A program made the position numbers and the translations under genes. A DNA stretch of 64,000 bases, from contig CAWJGT010000009.1 of NCBI GenBank assembly GCA_963842525.1, forward strand, positions 1,312,001 to 1,376,000. Reading direction: 5' to 3'. The notes beneath the pieces are model-generated. The model saw only the letters and a list, made by a program, of their open reading frames with translations, was not told where the DNA came from and searched no databases. Of this stretch, positions 20,101 through 31,562 are shown in pieces (the stretch's first letter is position 1; every line of letters begins with the position of its first letter). This stretch comes from an uncultured Holophagales bacterium. Its GTDB lineage: Bacteria > Acidobacteriota > Thermoanaerobaculia > Multivoradales > UBA5704.

Positions 20101-21858
20101 GGAGAAGGCTTCTCGGCGCTCGGCGAGCGCTCCTGGAGCCTGGACCCGCGCAACCGGGAGGGCTACCGGAGCCTGTTCCGGGAGCTGCGCCCGCGCGGCG
20201 ATTTACCCGGTCGGATCATCCATCTCTGGAGCCTGACGCCCGCTGTGCCAACCCCGGCAGAAGCCGAGGAGCTGGGCTTCTACAGCCTGCTCTGGCTGTC
20301 GCAGGCCCTCGGCGAGCTGGAGCTCCACACGCCGCTCCATGTGCGCGTCGTCGCGAACGGCCTTCAGGAGGTGACAGGAGGGGAGGAGCTGGTCCCGGAG
20401 AAGGCTCTCCTCCTGGGACCCTGCCGCGTGCTCCCGCAGGAGATCGCGCACGTGACCTGCGGCGTGATCGACGTCCTCCCTGAGCACCTGGATACTCTCG
20501 CGGACCGGCTGGTCCCGGTGTTGGCCTCCGCCGAGGCGGAGTCGGTGGCGGCCCTGCGCGGCCGGCATCGCTGGGTGCGGCGCTTCTGCCGCATCCGCCT
20601 GCCGGAGCCCGGAGCGGCTGCCAACCGGCTGCGCCAGGGCGGCGTCTACCTGATCGCGGGCGGCCTCGGCGAGACCGGGCTGGTCGTGGCCGAGCACCTC
20701 GTCCGCACCGCCGGAGCGAAGCTCGCGCTCCTCGCTCCGGAGGACACCCCGCCGCGCCCGCGCTGGGGCGAATGGCTGGGCGCGCGCGACGAGCAGGACG
20801 AAGAGGCGGTCCGCCTGCGCCGCGTCCTTGCCCTGGAGGCGGAAGGCCACGAGGTGCTCGTGCTGCCGGTCGATCTGACCCACCCGGGGAGGGTCGAGGC
20901 GGCGGTGTCGCGGGTACGCGAGCGGTTCGGGGCGATCCACGGCGTGATCCTCGCCGAGGAGGACGCGCCCGGCGGGCTGATGCAGTGGAAGACCCGCGAC
21001 ACGGCCGCCGCCGAGCTGGCGCCGAAGGTGCGCGGCACGCTCGCTCTTGCTGCTGCCACGCGCGACCTGCCGCTCGACCTCTTCGTGCTCTTCGGCGCCC
21101 ATGCGGCGGCGATCGGCGGCTTCGGCCAGGCCGACGTGTGCGCGGCCTCGTCGTTCCTGGACGCCCTGGCGCAGGCCCGGTCGGTCGCGGGAGGAGGACC
21201 GTTCACCCAGACCATCGACTGGGGCCATTTCCGCTGGCAGCCGGTGACCGCGGCGGATCCCGCCCTGGCCGAGCAGCTCCGGGCGGCGCTCGCGACGTAT
21301 GGCATCACGGCCGGCGAGCTGGAGCAGGCCCTGGAACGCGCCCTGGCGAGCGGCCTGCCGCAGGTGGTCGTCTCGACCCAGGACCTGGACGCCCTGGCGG
21401 AACAGCTCGATTCCGTCCATGCCGCGGGGTTCCTGGCCAGTGCTCATGCCGCGCATCCCGGGGAGGCCCATCCGCGGCCGGACCTGGCGGTTGACTATCT
21501 CGAGCCGCGGACCTCCACGGAGCGGACGCTCGCCGGCATCTGGCAGGAGGCCTTCGGCCTCGACCGGGTAGGTGCGGAAGACAATTTCTTCGATCTCGCC
21601 GGCAACTCCCTGCTGGCCATCCAGATCATCACCCGGGTCAATGCGGCCTTCGGGAGCGAGCTGCCGATGGCGGCGCTCCTCGAATCCCCGACCGTCGCCG
21701 AGCTGGCGGACCGCATCGAGGACGCCGGCTTCAGCGCCGCGAAAGAGAGCGACGAGGAGGAGCTGGCGCGCCTGTTGGCCGAGATCGAGTCGCTCTCTCT
21801 GGAGGAGGCCGAGGTCCGCCTGGCCCGTGAGCTGGGAACCGGCGGAGAGGCTGGATGA
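17140..21858 (+). CDS. Type I PKS module KS-AT-KR(inactive)-ACP
   Basis: KS QTACSTS, EAHGSGT, KTNIGH. AT GYSLG/HAFH. KR fold with GQADVCAASS in place of GQxxYAAAN. ACP AGNSL. Acidic C-terminal docking helix. Confidence 0.93.
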   Translation: MDTLDRIAIIGMAGRFPGARDVDELWRNLRGGVESITRFTEEELAANGVAPELLADPAYVRARGVLDGVELFDAEFFGFTPREAELMDPQHRLFLECAWQACENAGYDPQGFAGRVGVFGGSASTSYFAFNLLSNPSLLAEAGGLQIKLLNDKDFLTTHTSYKLNLRGPSVAVQTACSTSLVAIHIACQALLGGECDLALAGGVGVSFPHRTGYLFEEGNIGSPDGHCRAFDENARGTVEGNGAGVVLLKRLADALADGDTVHAVILGSAINNDGAAKAGYTAPSVESQTEAVAEALVVAQVEPDTIGYVEAHGSGTPLGDPIEVQALTRAFRASTDRQGFCGLGSIKTNIGHADAAAGVAGLIKTVQALKHGQIPPSLHFERPNPALGLEESPFYVSTALRDWPVGAEPRRAGVNSLGIGGTNAHIVLEEAPPPEPSSPSRPWQLLVLSARTASALDAATANLAGWLEDSERSINLADATHTLRVGRKTFRYRRALVCRDGEEAARLLRNAEPGRLITADAGTSGEEAPGVAFLFPGLGDHYAGMGAELYQREPVFREAIDRCAELLRPHLGVDIREVLYPEGAAEPPSGPPGTSAKSDLRRLLAEEKEPGDDGLGQTLVAHPAVFAVEYALAQLWMEWGIRPQALLGYSLGEYVAACLAGVFSLEDALALVAARARLIDGLPGGAMLAVPLPAAEVEPLLRLLPAELSLCAANGPALSVVGGPSAAVEELARGLAARGIASRRLQTVHAFHSRMMEPVVADLARVARGITFAPPRIPFVSNVTGTWITDAEATDPGYWARHLRETVRFAEGLEALMARADAGDRPRILLEVGPGQALGTLARQHPARPAGQVEVSSLRDRRDDVSDQAFLLDALGRLWLAGAAPDWTAFAAGESRRRVPLPTYPFERRRYFIEPGAVNAAAPGAGSRSPLDDWFYTPVWERAPALASPALEPDSPWMLFLDELGLGERVAARLEAHGHTVFRVAKGEGFSALGERSWSLDPRNREGYRSLFRELRPRGDLPGRIIHLWSLTPAVPTPAEAEELGFYSLLWLSQALGELELHTPLHVRVVANGLQEVTGGEELVPEKALLLGPCRVLPQEIAHVTCGVIDVLPEHLDTLADRLVPVLASAEAESVAALRGRHRWVRRFCRIRLPEPGAAANRLRQGGVYLIAGGLGETGLVVAEHLVRTAGAKLALLAPEDTPPRPRWGEWLGARDEQDEEAVRLRRVLALEAEGHEVLVLPVDLTHPGRVEAAVSRVRERFGAIHGVILAEEDAPGGLMQWKTRDTAAAELAPKVRGTLALAAATRDLPLDLFVLFGAHAAAIGGFGQADVCAASSFLDALAQARSVAGGGPFTQTIDWGHFRWQPVTAADPALAEQLRAALATYGITAGELEQALERALASGLPQVVVSTQDLDALAEQLDSVHAAGFLASAHAAHPGEAHPRPDLAVDYLEPRTSTERTLAGIWQEAFGLDRVGAEDNFFDLAGNSLLAIQIITRVNAAFGSELPMAALLESPTVAELADRIEDAGFSAAKESDEEELARLLAEIESLSLEEAEVRLARELGTGGEAG

Positions 21859-23538
21859 GGCTCGCAGGACCTCGCGAACCGGCTCGCCTCCCTCTCTCCG
21901 GCCCAGCGCGCTCTCTATGAGCTGGCCCTGAAGAAGCGCCAGACGGAGAGCGAGCGTCCCATCCCAAGGGCGGTTGAGAGCCGGCCAGCGCCGGCCCCCC
22001 AGGCCCCTCCGCTCGTTCCGGTCATTCCCAGGAGGACGCGCGAAGGCGCCAGCCCGCTCTCCTTCGACCAGGAGCGGCTCTGGCGCGTCCAGCGGGCCCA
22101 TCCCGCGAGCCCGGTCTATAACATCTGCGCGGCGAGCCGCTTCCGGGGGCGGCTGAATATCGCCGCCTTTGGAAGCGCTCTGCAAGAGACGGTGCGCCGC
22201 CACGAGAGCCTGCGTACGACCTTCCGCGAGGTGGGCGGCCAGCCTATCCAGGAGGTCGCTCCGAGCGTGACGGTCCACCTCCCGGTCGTCGACCTGCGGG
22301 CGCTCCCCTGGGACCGCCGCGAGGACGAGGCCGCCCGGGCCGCCAATGCCACGGTCCGCGAGCCGTTCGACATCGGGCGTCTGCCGCTTTTCCGCATCGT
22401 GCTGGTCCAGGTGGACGACGACGACTTCGTCCGGCCCATCGTGCTCCACCACATGATCAACGACCACCTGTCGTTCTACTCGACCGAGAGCGAGCTGCTG
22501 AACTGCTATCGCGCTTTCCAGGCCGGCCGGCCTCCGGGCCTGCCCGAGCCGCCGTTCCACCTCGCCGACTTCGCGGTCTGGCAGCGGGAGCGGCTGCGCG
22601 ACGAGGCCCTGGTGGCGGATCAGCTCGCCTGGTGGCGCGAGCGCCTGGACGGCATCGTCGATCCGTTGCCGGTGCCGCTCGACCGGCCGCGCCCGGCCGT
22701 GCCGGGCCTCCGTGGCGAGCGGCGCCCATTCACCGTGCCGCGGTCCAGGGCGGCGGGGCTCGGCGATTTCGCCCAGCGCGAAGGGGTGACCCTGTTCGTC
22801 GCCGGCCTCGCGGTCTTCGACGCCCTGCTCGTCCGCCTCTCCGGCCAGGAGCGGCTGGTCGTGGGCACGCCCATGAGCTACCACCAGACCGTGGTGGACC
22901 ACGTCATGGGCTTCTACCTGAACCAGGTGCCGATCCCGGTCGACCTTTCCGGCAATCCGCCGTTCCGCGAGGTCGTGCGCCGGGTGCGCGATGCCACTCT
23001 GGGCGCCCATGCCCACCAGGATCTGCCGCTCGGGCACCTCGTCCAGGCGCTGCATCCGGGTCCGGACCAGAGCTTCCTTCCCTGGACGCAATTCGTCTTC
23101 CTGCTGCTCTATCCGCCGAAGGTGGAGGGCGGCGAGGTGCCGGGAATCGACGCGCGCTCGTATTTCGTCGATCCAAGGCGCACGCAGTTCGACACGCAGC
23201 TTGCCCTCTTCTGGCGGGATGAGGGGATCACGGGCTTCTGGGAGTACAACCCCGAGATCTGGGACCCGACCACGGTCGACCGGTTCAAGGAGTACTTCCG
23301 TATCCTTCTCGCCGGCGCGCTGGCCGAGCCCGACCGGCTGCTCTGGGACCTGCCGATGCTGCCCGAGGGCGAGCTCCACCAGCTTCAGGAGTGGGAGGAG
23401 CTCGCCGGGGTCCGGGTGCTCGACCGCCACGGCCGGCCGGTGCCGATCGGAGTGGTGGGGGAGGTCTCTCCTGGCGGCGGGAGGGCGCGCTGGCTGCCGG
23501 ATGGTCGACTGGAAAGGATGCCGCCGCGGAAGGTTTGA
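21855..23538 (+). CDS. Stand-alone condensation-domain protein with vestigial A-domain tail (apparent +1 frameshift at the start)
   Basis: The frame is open from 21859: SQDLANRLASLSPAQRALYELALKK...PLSFDQERLW...RHESLRT...HHMINDH. ATG 21855 overlaps the PKS stop (ATGA) but is one base out of frame. Confidence 0.8.
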
Positions 23539-23540
23539 GC

Positions 23541-26500
23541 ATGCCGTCTCCTGCCACCCTGCCGCTCTCGCCCGGCCAGCGGGGCCTCTGGTTCCTGCAC
23601 CGCCTGCACCCGGAGGGCTCTGCGTATCACCTGGCCCTGGCCTCCCGGATTGTCGGCAAGATCCCGGCCACGGCGATCCGCGATCTCTTCCAGGCCCAGG
23701 TGGACCGCCACGAGGCGCTGCGGACCACGTTTCCCTTGGAAGGGTACGAGCCGGTCCAGCGCGTGGCGGATCGGGCGGAGCTGAGCTTCGAGGAGATCGA
23801 TGCGATCGGGTGGGACGAGGCCGCGTTCCGTGCGCGCCTGGAGGAGGAGGCCTGGAAACCGTTCGACCTGGACAGCGGACCGCTGTTCCGGGTGCAGGTC
23901 TTTCAGCGTGCCGGCGATAGGGTGCTGCTGGTGGTGGCGCACCACATCGTGGTGGACTTCGGATCGTTTGCCGCGATGCTGAGCAGCCCGGAAGGGGGAG
24001 GCGTCCGGCAGTACAGGGACTTTCTGGCTTGGCAGGCGGAGATCTGGACGAGAGGGAGCTGTGGGCGTTCTGGCGGGATCGTCTGGCCGATCTGCCGATG
24101 CCGGAGCTGCCGGTGGACCGGCCACGGCGGGGAAGCGTGCCGGAGCGGGGGTGACTGCCGCTGGCGCGAGATCGGGCCGGGCATCCTGCGGGATCTCAAG
24201 AAGCTGGCGCGCTCGAAGGGAGGGACTCTCTACGTGGCGCTGCTGGCGGGGTTCCAGGCGCTGCTCTCCCGATATACGGGTCAGACCGATTTCGCCGTGG
24301 GCTCGCCCGCGGCCGGCAGGCCAAAGGGTTTTGCCCGGACCATGGGCTACTTCACCAATCCGCTCGCGGTGCGGGCGGACCTCTCGGGGGACCCTTCGTT
24401 CCTGGAGCTGCTTGGCCGCACCCGGCAGCGGGTCTCCGAGGCTCTGGACCACCAGCACCTGCCGTTGCCGGTGATCGTCGAGCGGCTGCGGGCCGAAGGC
24501 CGGGAGGGGGACCTGTTCCGGACGCTCTTCGTCTTCCATCGCGACCCGTCGGGCCTCGAGGGGATGGTGGGCTTCGCCCTCGGAGAAGGAGGCGGCCGGC
24601 TGCGCTGGGATGACCTGGAGCTGGAGCCCCTGCCGCTGCCGCCGCGCGCTGCGCAGTTCGATGTGACCCTGGCGGCGGGAGAGAGGCGGGGCGCCCTCGG
24701 GTTGCAGCTCGTCTACGACGCCGACCTGTTCGACGGCCCGACCGCGGTCCGCTGGCTGGAGCATCTGAGCGTGCTGCTCGAAGGCGCTACGGCCCATCCG
24801 GACGACGCCGATCGTGGAGCTGCCGTTGCTGACCCTCTGGGAGCGCCAGCAGGTACTGGTGGAGGCGAACGATCAAGGCGACGTGGAGCTGCTCTGGAGC
24901 CGCCTGGAAGAAGGGTTCGAGCGGCAGGCAGAGAGGACGCCGGAAGCGTTCGCCGTGATCGATGGGGAGAGGCGGGTCACCTATCGGGAGCTGCAGGACC
25001 GCGCGACCATGCTGGCCGAGCATCTGAGACAGCCTGGGAGTCGGCCCCGAGCAGGTCGTGGGGGTCAGGATGCCACGGACCGCGGAGATGGTGGCGTCTC
25101 TGCTCGGGGTCCTGCAGGCCGGAGCCGCCTACCTGCCGATCGATCCCGCGTATCCGGAGGAGCGGATCAACTTTCTCCTGGAGGACTCGGAGGCAAGCTA
25201 TATCCTTCAGAGCACCAACGACGTCCCCCCTCTCCCGGTGGAGGGGGGGCGATGGGAGAGGGGGCCAGGGGGTGAGGTCGCATATTTGATCTACACCTCC
25301 GGCTCCACCGGCCGTCCCAAGGGCGTCGCCATCGAGCACGCCAGCGCCGTCCGCCTCGTCGCCTGGGCCGGGAAGACCTACTCGGCCGAAGAGCTCGCCG
25401 GCGTCCTGGCTTCGACGTCCATCAGCTTCGATCTCTCCATTTTCGAGATCTTCGTCCCTCTCTCCTTCGGCGGCACGGTGATCCTGGCCGAGAACGCTCT
25501 CGCCCTGCCTGCTCTCCCTGCGGCGGGGGAGGTGACGCTGATCAATACAGTCCCTTCCGCCATCGCCGCCTTGCTCGATCTCGGGCCGCTTCCTTCCTCG
25601 GTGAAGACGGTCAATCTGGCCGGCGAGCCGCTGCGGCGGTCGCTGGCCGAGCGGGTGTATGCGGCCGGGGTGGAGCGGCTGTGGAATCTCTACGGCCCGT
25701 CTGAGGACACGACCTACTCGACAGGCTCCCTGGTTGAGCGAGGCCGAGAACCTCACCCCCTGGCCCCCTCTCCCATCGCCCACCCAGCCCATCCCCGGGA
25801 GAGGGGGAACGTAGATGAGGCGGCGGTGGCGAGTCCAGGCACAGTCGTTCCGGATGCGTCCCCCCTCTCCCGGCGGGGGGTGGAAGGGAGATGGGAGAGG
25901 GGGACAGGGGGTGAGGACCCACGGCCTGAGCCGTCAATCGGCTGGCCGGCAGCGGGCTCCCGTGCCTATGTGGTGGATGCAGGGCTTCAGCCCCTGCCTG
26001 TCGGAGTCCCTGGCGAGCTGTGCTTGAGCGGAGGAGGGCTGGCGCGGGGGTACTTCGGCCGGCCGGAGCTGACGGCGGAGAGGTTCGTGCCCGATCCGTT
26101 CTCCGGCGGAAGGCTCTACCGGACGGGCGACCTGACCCGGAGACGGCCGGACGGTGCTCTCGACTACCTCGGCCGGCTGGATCACCAGGTCAAGATCCGG
26201 GGGTTCCGCATCGAGCTCGGCGAGATCGAGGCGGCGCTGCTGGTACACCCCGGGGTGCGCGAGGCGGTGGTGGTCGCCCGGGACGGCGCGCTGGTGGCCT
26301 ATGTTGCGCTCACGGACCGGGTCGAGGGCGAGCTGGCCTCGTACCTGCGATCGCGCCTGCCGCCGGCGTTCGTGCCGTCGGCCTTCGTCGTGCTTCCGGC
26401 GCTGCCGCTCACGCCCAACGGCAAGGTGGACCGCAAGGCGCTGCCGGTTCCCTGGAGCGCGGGCGATGCGACGGAAGGGCCGTCCGGCCCGGTCGAGGAG

Positions 26501-29500
26501 CTGCTGGCGGAGATCTGGGCCGAGGTGCTCGGGCTGGAACGCATTGGACGGCACCAGAGCTTCTTCGACATCGGCGGGCACTCCCTGCTCGCTACACACG
26601 TGGTGGTCCGCATCCGTGAGACGCTGGGGGTTGAGATCCCCCTGACCACAGTCTTTGACGAGCCGACCCTTGCCGGCCTCGCACGATGCGTCGAGACGCT
26701 CCGGCGGGACGCACCGGCGCTCCCCATCCCGCGCGCCCGGCGGGACCTCCCCCTGCCGCTCTCCTCGGCCCAGCAGGGGCTCTGGTTCCTCGACCGGTTG
26801 GAGCCGGGAACCGCCACCTACAACATCCCCCTGGAGCTGCGGCTGACCGGTACGTTGTCGGTGTCCGTCCTGGAGGCGGCCCTCGCCGGGATCGAACAGC
26901 GGCACGAGGCGCTGCGGACCACCTTCCCCGAGGTGGAAGGCCGGCCTGTGCAGCGGATCGCGCCGCCGGTCCAGCGACCGTTGCCGTGGATCGACCTCGC
27001 CGGTCTCCCCGCCGCGATTGGAGAGGAAGAGGCCAGGCGCCTGGCCTGGGAGGAATCACGCAGGCCCTTCGATCTCGAACGAGGACCGCTGATCCGGACA
27101 ACCCTGATCCGCCGCGGGGCGGAAGACCATCGCCTGCTCCTGACCGTCCATCACATCGTCTTCGACGGCGGATCGATCAGCGTCCTCCTCCGCGAGCTGG
27201 CTGCGCTGTATGGAAGGAGCTCCGCTCCCGCCTCTCCCGGTGCAGCTTGCCGACGTGGCGGTCTGGGAGCGGAACCTCCTCGATGCTGGAGTCATGGAGC
27301 CGCAGCTCGCCTGGTGGGAGAGCCAGCTCTCCGGGCTGCCTGTGCTCGACCTCCCGGCCGACCGAATGCGCCCGGTAGCTCCGACGCCGCGCGGAGGCCT
27401 CCGCCATCTGGAGCTGGCCTCCGGGCTGGCCCGCGAGGTCATGGCCCTTGCGCGGCGCGAGCGCGCCACTCCGTTCATGGCGCTGCTTGCGGCCTTCCAG
27501 ACGCTCCTTGGCAGCCTCGCCGGCCAGGACGACTTCGCCGTCGGCATGCCGGTCTCCCGGCGCGGCCGAACCGAGCTGGAGCCGCTGATCGGCCTGCTGC
27601 TCAACACCGTAGCCGTGCGGGTCGCCTTGGACGGGGAGCCCACCTTCCGGGCCTTTCTCGGAGCTGTGCGGCGCGCGAGCCTGGAGGCTTTCCGGCACGC
27701 CGATGTCCCGTTCGAGAAGGTCGTCGAGCGCCTGCACCCGGACCGGAATGTCCGCAACCCTCTCTTCCAGGTCCTCTTCACCATGGAGCCTCCGATTCCG
27801 CGGCAAATCGAGCTGTCGGGGCTGACTTTGGAGCCGCGCGGCATTCCAACCGGCACCGCCAAATTCGACCTCAGCCTCTTCCTCCGCGAGGAGGCGGATG
27901 GCCGACTGACCGCCGAGCTGGAGCACAGCCGTGATCTCTTCGACGGCTCGACCGCGGACCGCCTGCTGCGCTCGTTCGTCACTCTCCTGGAAGCCGTGGT
28001 CGCCGATCCGGACGCCAGGATCACGGATCTGCTGACCCTCGAAGGGACCGAGCACCGCCAGCTCCTCGTCGAGGCGAGGCCCGGAGGTGAGGCCGTCTTC
28101 GTGCCGCCGCGCGGTCCCGTCGAGGAGGCGCTCGCCGATCTCTGGACCGTGCTGCTCGGCGCGGAACGGATCGGCGTCCACGATGACTTCTTCAACCTGG
28201 GGGGCCATTCGCTGCTGGCGGTCCAGGTTGTCTCACGGGTGCGGGCCGCCTTCGGTGTCGAGCTGCCGCTCCGCACGGTGTTCCAGGCGCCCACGGTTGC
28301 CGGCCTGGCCGCGGCGGTCGAAGCGGCCCGGCGTGCAGAGAGCCCGGAGGCGCCGCCGCTGGTACGGGTCTCGCGCGAGGGTGCCTTGCCGTTGACCTTC
28401 GCCCAGCAGCGTCTCTGGTTCCTCCACCAGCTCGATCCCGGCTCAGCGGCCTACCACATGGCCGGTGTCCTGGAGCTGGAGGGAGCCGTCAATGTGCCGG
28501 CTCTGGAGGGGGCTCTGCGTGAGATCGCTCGCCGGCACGAGGCGTTGCGGACGACCTTCACTCTGGCGGGAGAGAGCCCTGTCCAGGTGATCGCGGCCGA
28601 GCCGGAGCTGGAGCTGCCGGTGGTGGACCTTTCGAGTCTGGCCGACCCGCTCCGGGGTGCCGAGGTCAGGCGGATCGAGACGGCGGAGGCCCGCCGTGGC
28701 TTCGACCTCGGCCGCGGGCCGCTGCTGCGGGTCCGACTGCTGCGGCTCGGGCCGGAAGAGCACCGGCTTGCCGTCGTGATGCATCACATTGTGGCCGACG
28801 GCTGGTCGTTGGGAGTGATGCTCCGCGAGCTGGGCCAGCTCTATCTGCGGAGCCCGGCCTTGCCGGAGCTCCCGGTCCAGGTGGCGGACTACGCGGTCTG
28901 GCAGCGCCGCTGGCTGGACGGCGAGGCACTGCGGTCGCGGCTCGCCTGGTGGCAAGGCGAGCTCGCCGGAGCTGATCCGTCGCTCCCCCTACCCACGGAC
29001 CGGCGGCCGGTGGGGACGGTTTCGAACAGCGCAGCCCTGCGCTTCCGGCTCTCCCCGACGCTGACGCAAGGGCTCGAAGCCCTCTCGCGGACGCGGGGAG
29101 CTACCCTGTTCATGACGCTGCTGGCGGGATGGAACGCCTTGCTCTACCGTTACAGCGGACAGCGGGACCTCTCGGTGGGATCGCCGGTCGCCAACCGCGA
29201 CCGCACGGAGATCGAGGGATTGATCGGTTTCTTCGTCAACACCCTGGTGCTCCGCACGAGCTTGGATGGGGCCGAAACCTTCGGTGATCTGCTGGGACGC
29301 GTGCGGGAGTCGACGCTCGGCGCCTATGACCACCAGGACCTGCCGTTCGAAAAGCTCGTCGAGGAGCTGCGGCCGGACCGGGGTGCGGTGCCGACACCTT
29401 TGTTCCAGGTCTTCCTGGCCCTGCAGAACGCTCCGACGCCGCGCCTGGATCTGCCGGGGTTGACTGCTCGGCTGGAGCCCGTCGAGATTGGAACCCCCAA

Positions 29501-31562
29501 GACCGACCTGGCCCTCGACTTCCAGCGGGAAGGAGAAGAGCTTGCCGGGTCCTTGGAGTACGGGACCGACCTTTTCGACGCCGCGACGATCGCCCGTCTG
29601 GCGCGGCACCTGGAGAGGCTGCTCGCGGGCGCGTCGGCCGATCCCCATGTTCCTTTGAGCCTCCTGCAGGTGCTCTCGGACGAGGAGCGCGACCATCTCC
29701 TGCTTGATCTCAATCCCACCGCGACGGATCCGCCCTCCGGTCTGCTGCATGAGCACGTCGCCGCCTGGGCGGAGAGGACGCCGGATGCGCCGGCTGTGCT
29801 TTTCGAGGGAGATCGCCTGACCTATCGCGATCTCGAAAGCCGGACCAACCGGCTGGCACATTACCTGATCGTGCAGGGTGTACGACCTGGTGCGCGGGTC
29901 GGGCTCTGGCTGGAGCGCTCGGTGGATGTGATCGTGGGCATCCTGGGCGCTCTCAAGGCGGGAGCGGCGTGGGTCCCCCTCGATCCCGCCCATCCCCTGG
30001 AGAGGCTCGCGTTCATGGCGCGCGACGCTGGTCTCTCCGTCCTGCTGACCACGCAGGCCATCGCCGAGGCCCTGGGGACTCTGGACGCCGAGCTGCCGGA
30101 AGGAACCGTGCGGATCCTGCTGGATGCGGACCGGAGGCCCATCGAGGATCGGCCGGACTCGCCCCCTCTCCTCCGGCTGACCGGCAACAGCCTGGCCTAC
30201 ATCCTCTACACGTCCGGCTCCACAGGACGGCCGAAGGGGGTCTGCTGCCATCATGCAGGTGTGATCAACCTGCTGGAGGAAATCCAGCGTCTCGCTCCGC
30301 TCCCGGCCGGCGCCGTCGCGAGCCTCTGGACCAGCCTCTCCTTCGACGTCTCGGTCTACGACATCTTCTCGGCCCTGCTCTTCGGGGGGACCGTGGACGT
30401 CGTTCCCGACCGGGTGCGCTCCGACGGACGCGCCTTTGCCGAATGGCTCGCCGAGCGCAAGATCGAGAGTTCCTACGTGGCCCCGGCCATGCTGGGCCAG
30501 CTCGAGGAGGTGCTGCGGCACACGCCGATCCCCCTGAAGCGGCTGCTGGTCGGCGTCGAGCCGATCCCTGAGCCTCTCCTGGCAGCGATCGCCGCGCGGT
30601 GTCCCGGGCTGTGCATCGTCAACGGCTATGGCCCTACCGAGACGACGATCGCCACCACCGAGTACCCGATCACCTCCACGGCGGCTTTGGATCGGAACAC
30701 CCCGATCGGCAAGCCGGTGCGCAACACGCGCGTCTACCTGCTGGGCCCGGACCTGGAGCTGAGGCCTGCCGGCGTTGCGGGCGAGCTGTACGCGGCCGGC
30801 GTAGGTGTTTCCTGGGGCTACCGCGGCCTTCCTGACCTGACGGCCGAGCGCTTCCTGCCTGATCCGTTCAGCACGATCTCCGGCGAGCGGATGTACCGGA
30901 CCGGCGACCTGGCGCGCTGGCTGCCGGACGGCAATCTTGCGTTCCTGGGACGCATCGACCAGCAGGTAAAGATCCGCGGTGTCCGGGTCGAGCCAGGGGA
31001 GATCGAGGCCGCATTGCGCGACCATCCACAGGTCCGGGATGCGGCCGTGGCGCCGCGCTTCGGCCTGGATGGCGAGCTGCGGCTGGTGGCCTGGGTGGTG
31101 GGGGAGGCCCCCCCGGCCGCGCTGCGCGACTTCCTGCGCGCCCTCCTTCCCGAGGTCATGGTTCCCGCCGCCTTCCTGCCGCTGGACGCGCTGCCGCTCA
31201 CCGTCAACGGCAAGGTGGACCGCGCCGTCCTGCCCGATCCCGACTGGCAGCGGCCGGACCTCCGCGGTGGCTACGTGGCCCCTCGCACCCTCGTTGAGGA
31301 GATGCTGGCGGACCTCTGGAAAGACCTCCTCGGGATCGAGCAGGTGGGCATCCACGACAGCTTCTTCGACCTCGGCGGGCATTCGCTCAAGGCGGGCCAG
31401 CTCGTGCTCCGGGTGCGCGACCTCTTCGAGGTCGAGCTGCCGGTGCGCACGGTCTTCGAGGCGCCGACCGTGGCCGGCCTGGCGGTTGCCATCGGCCGCA
31501 AGATGGTGGAGGAGGCCGATCCGGAGGCGCTGCGGGAGGTGCTTGCCGAGGTGGAGCCATGA
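23541..31562 (+). CDS. NRPS C-A(Ala-like)-PCP-C-PCP-C-A-PCP, split by apparent frameshifts
   Basis: Continuous NRPS homology across ORFs 23391, 24814, 25058 and 27210. C motifs HHIVVD, HHIVFD, HHIVAD. First A has FDLSIFE/INTVPS/NLYGPSEDTTYS (Ala-type). Three GGHSL PCPs. Frame changes near 24043/24150, 24804, 25030 and 27212. Confidence 0.88.
25224..25277. repeat. CCCCTCTCCC-family palindromic element (half), in frame before A3
   Basis: TCCCCCCTCTCCCGGTGGAGGGGGGGCGATGGGAGAGGGGGCCAGGGGGTGAGG directly precedes AYLIYTSGSTG. Confidence 0.85.
25751..25916. repeat. CCCCTCTCCC-family element (full inverted pair), in frame in an A domain after A5
   Basis: CCTCACCCCCTGGCCCCCTCTCCCATC ... GATGGGAGAGGGGGACAGGGGGTGAGG. 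Confidence 0.9.

Noticed and set aside
21856-21858. TGA readthrough fusing the PKS to the C-domain protein
   Set aside because: Although in frame, both sides carry terminal docking helices. Removing one G gives ATGAGCTCGCAG, the same start as gene 50332, so an indel is simpler.
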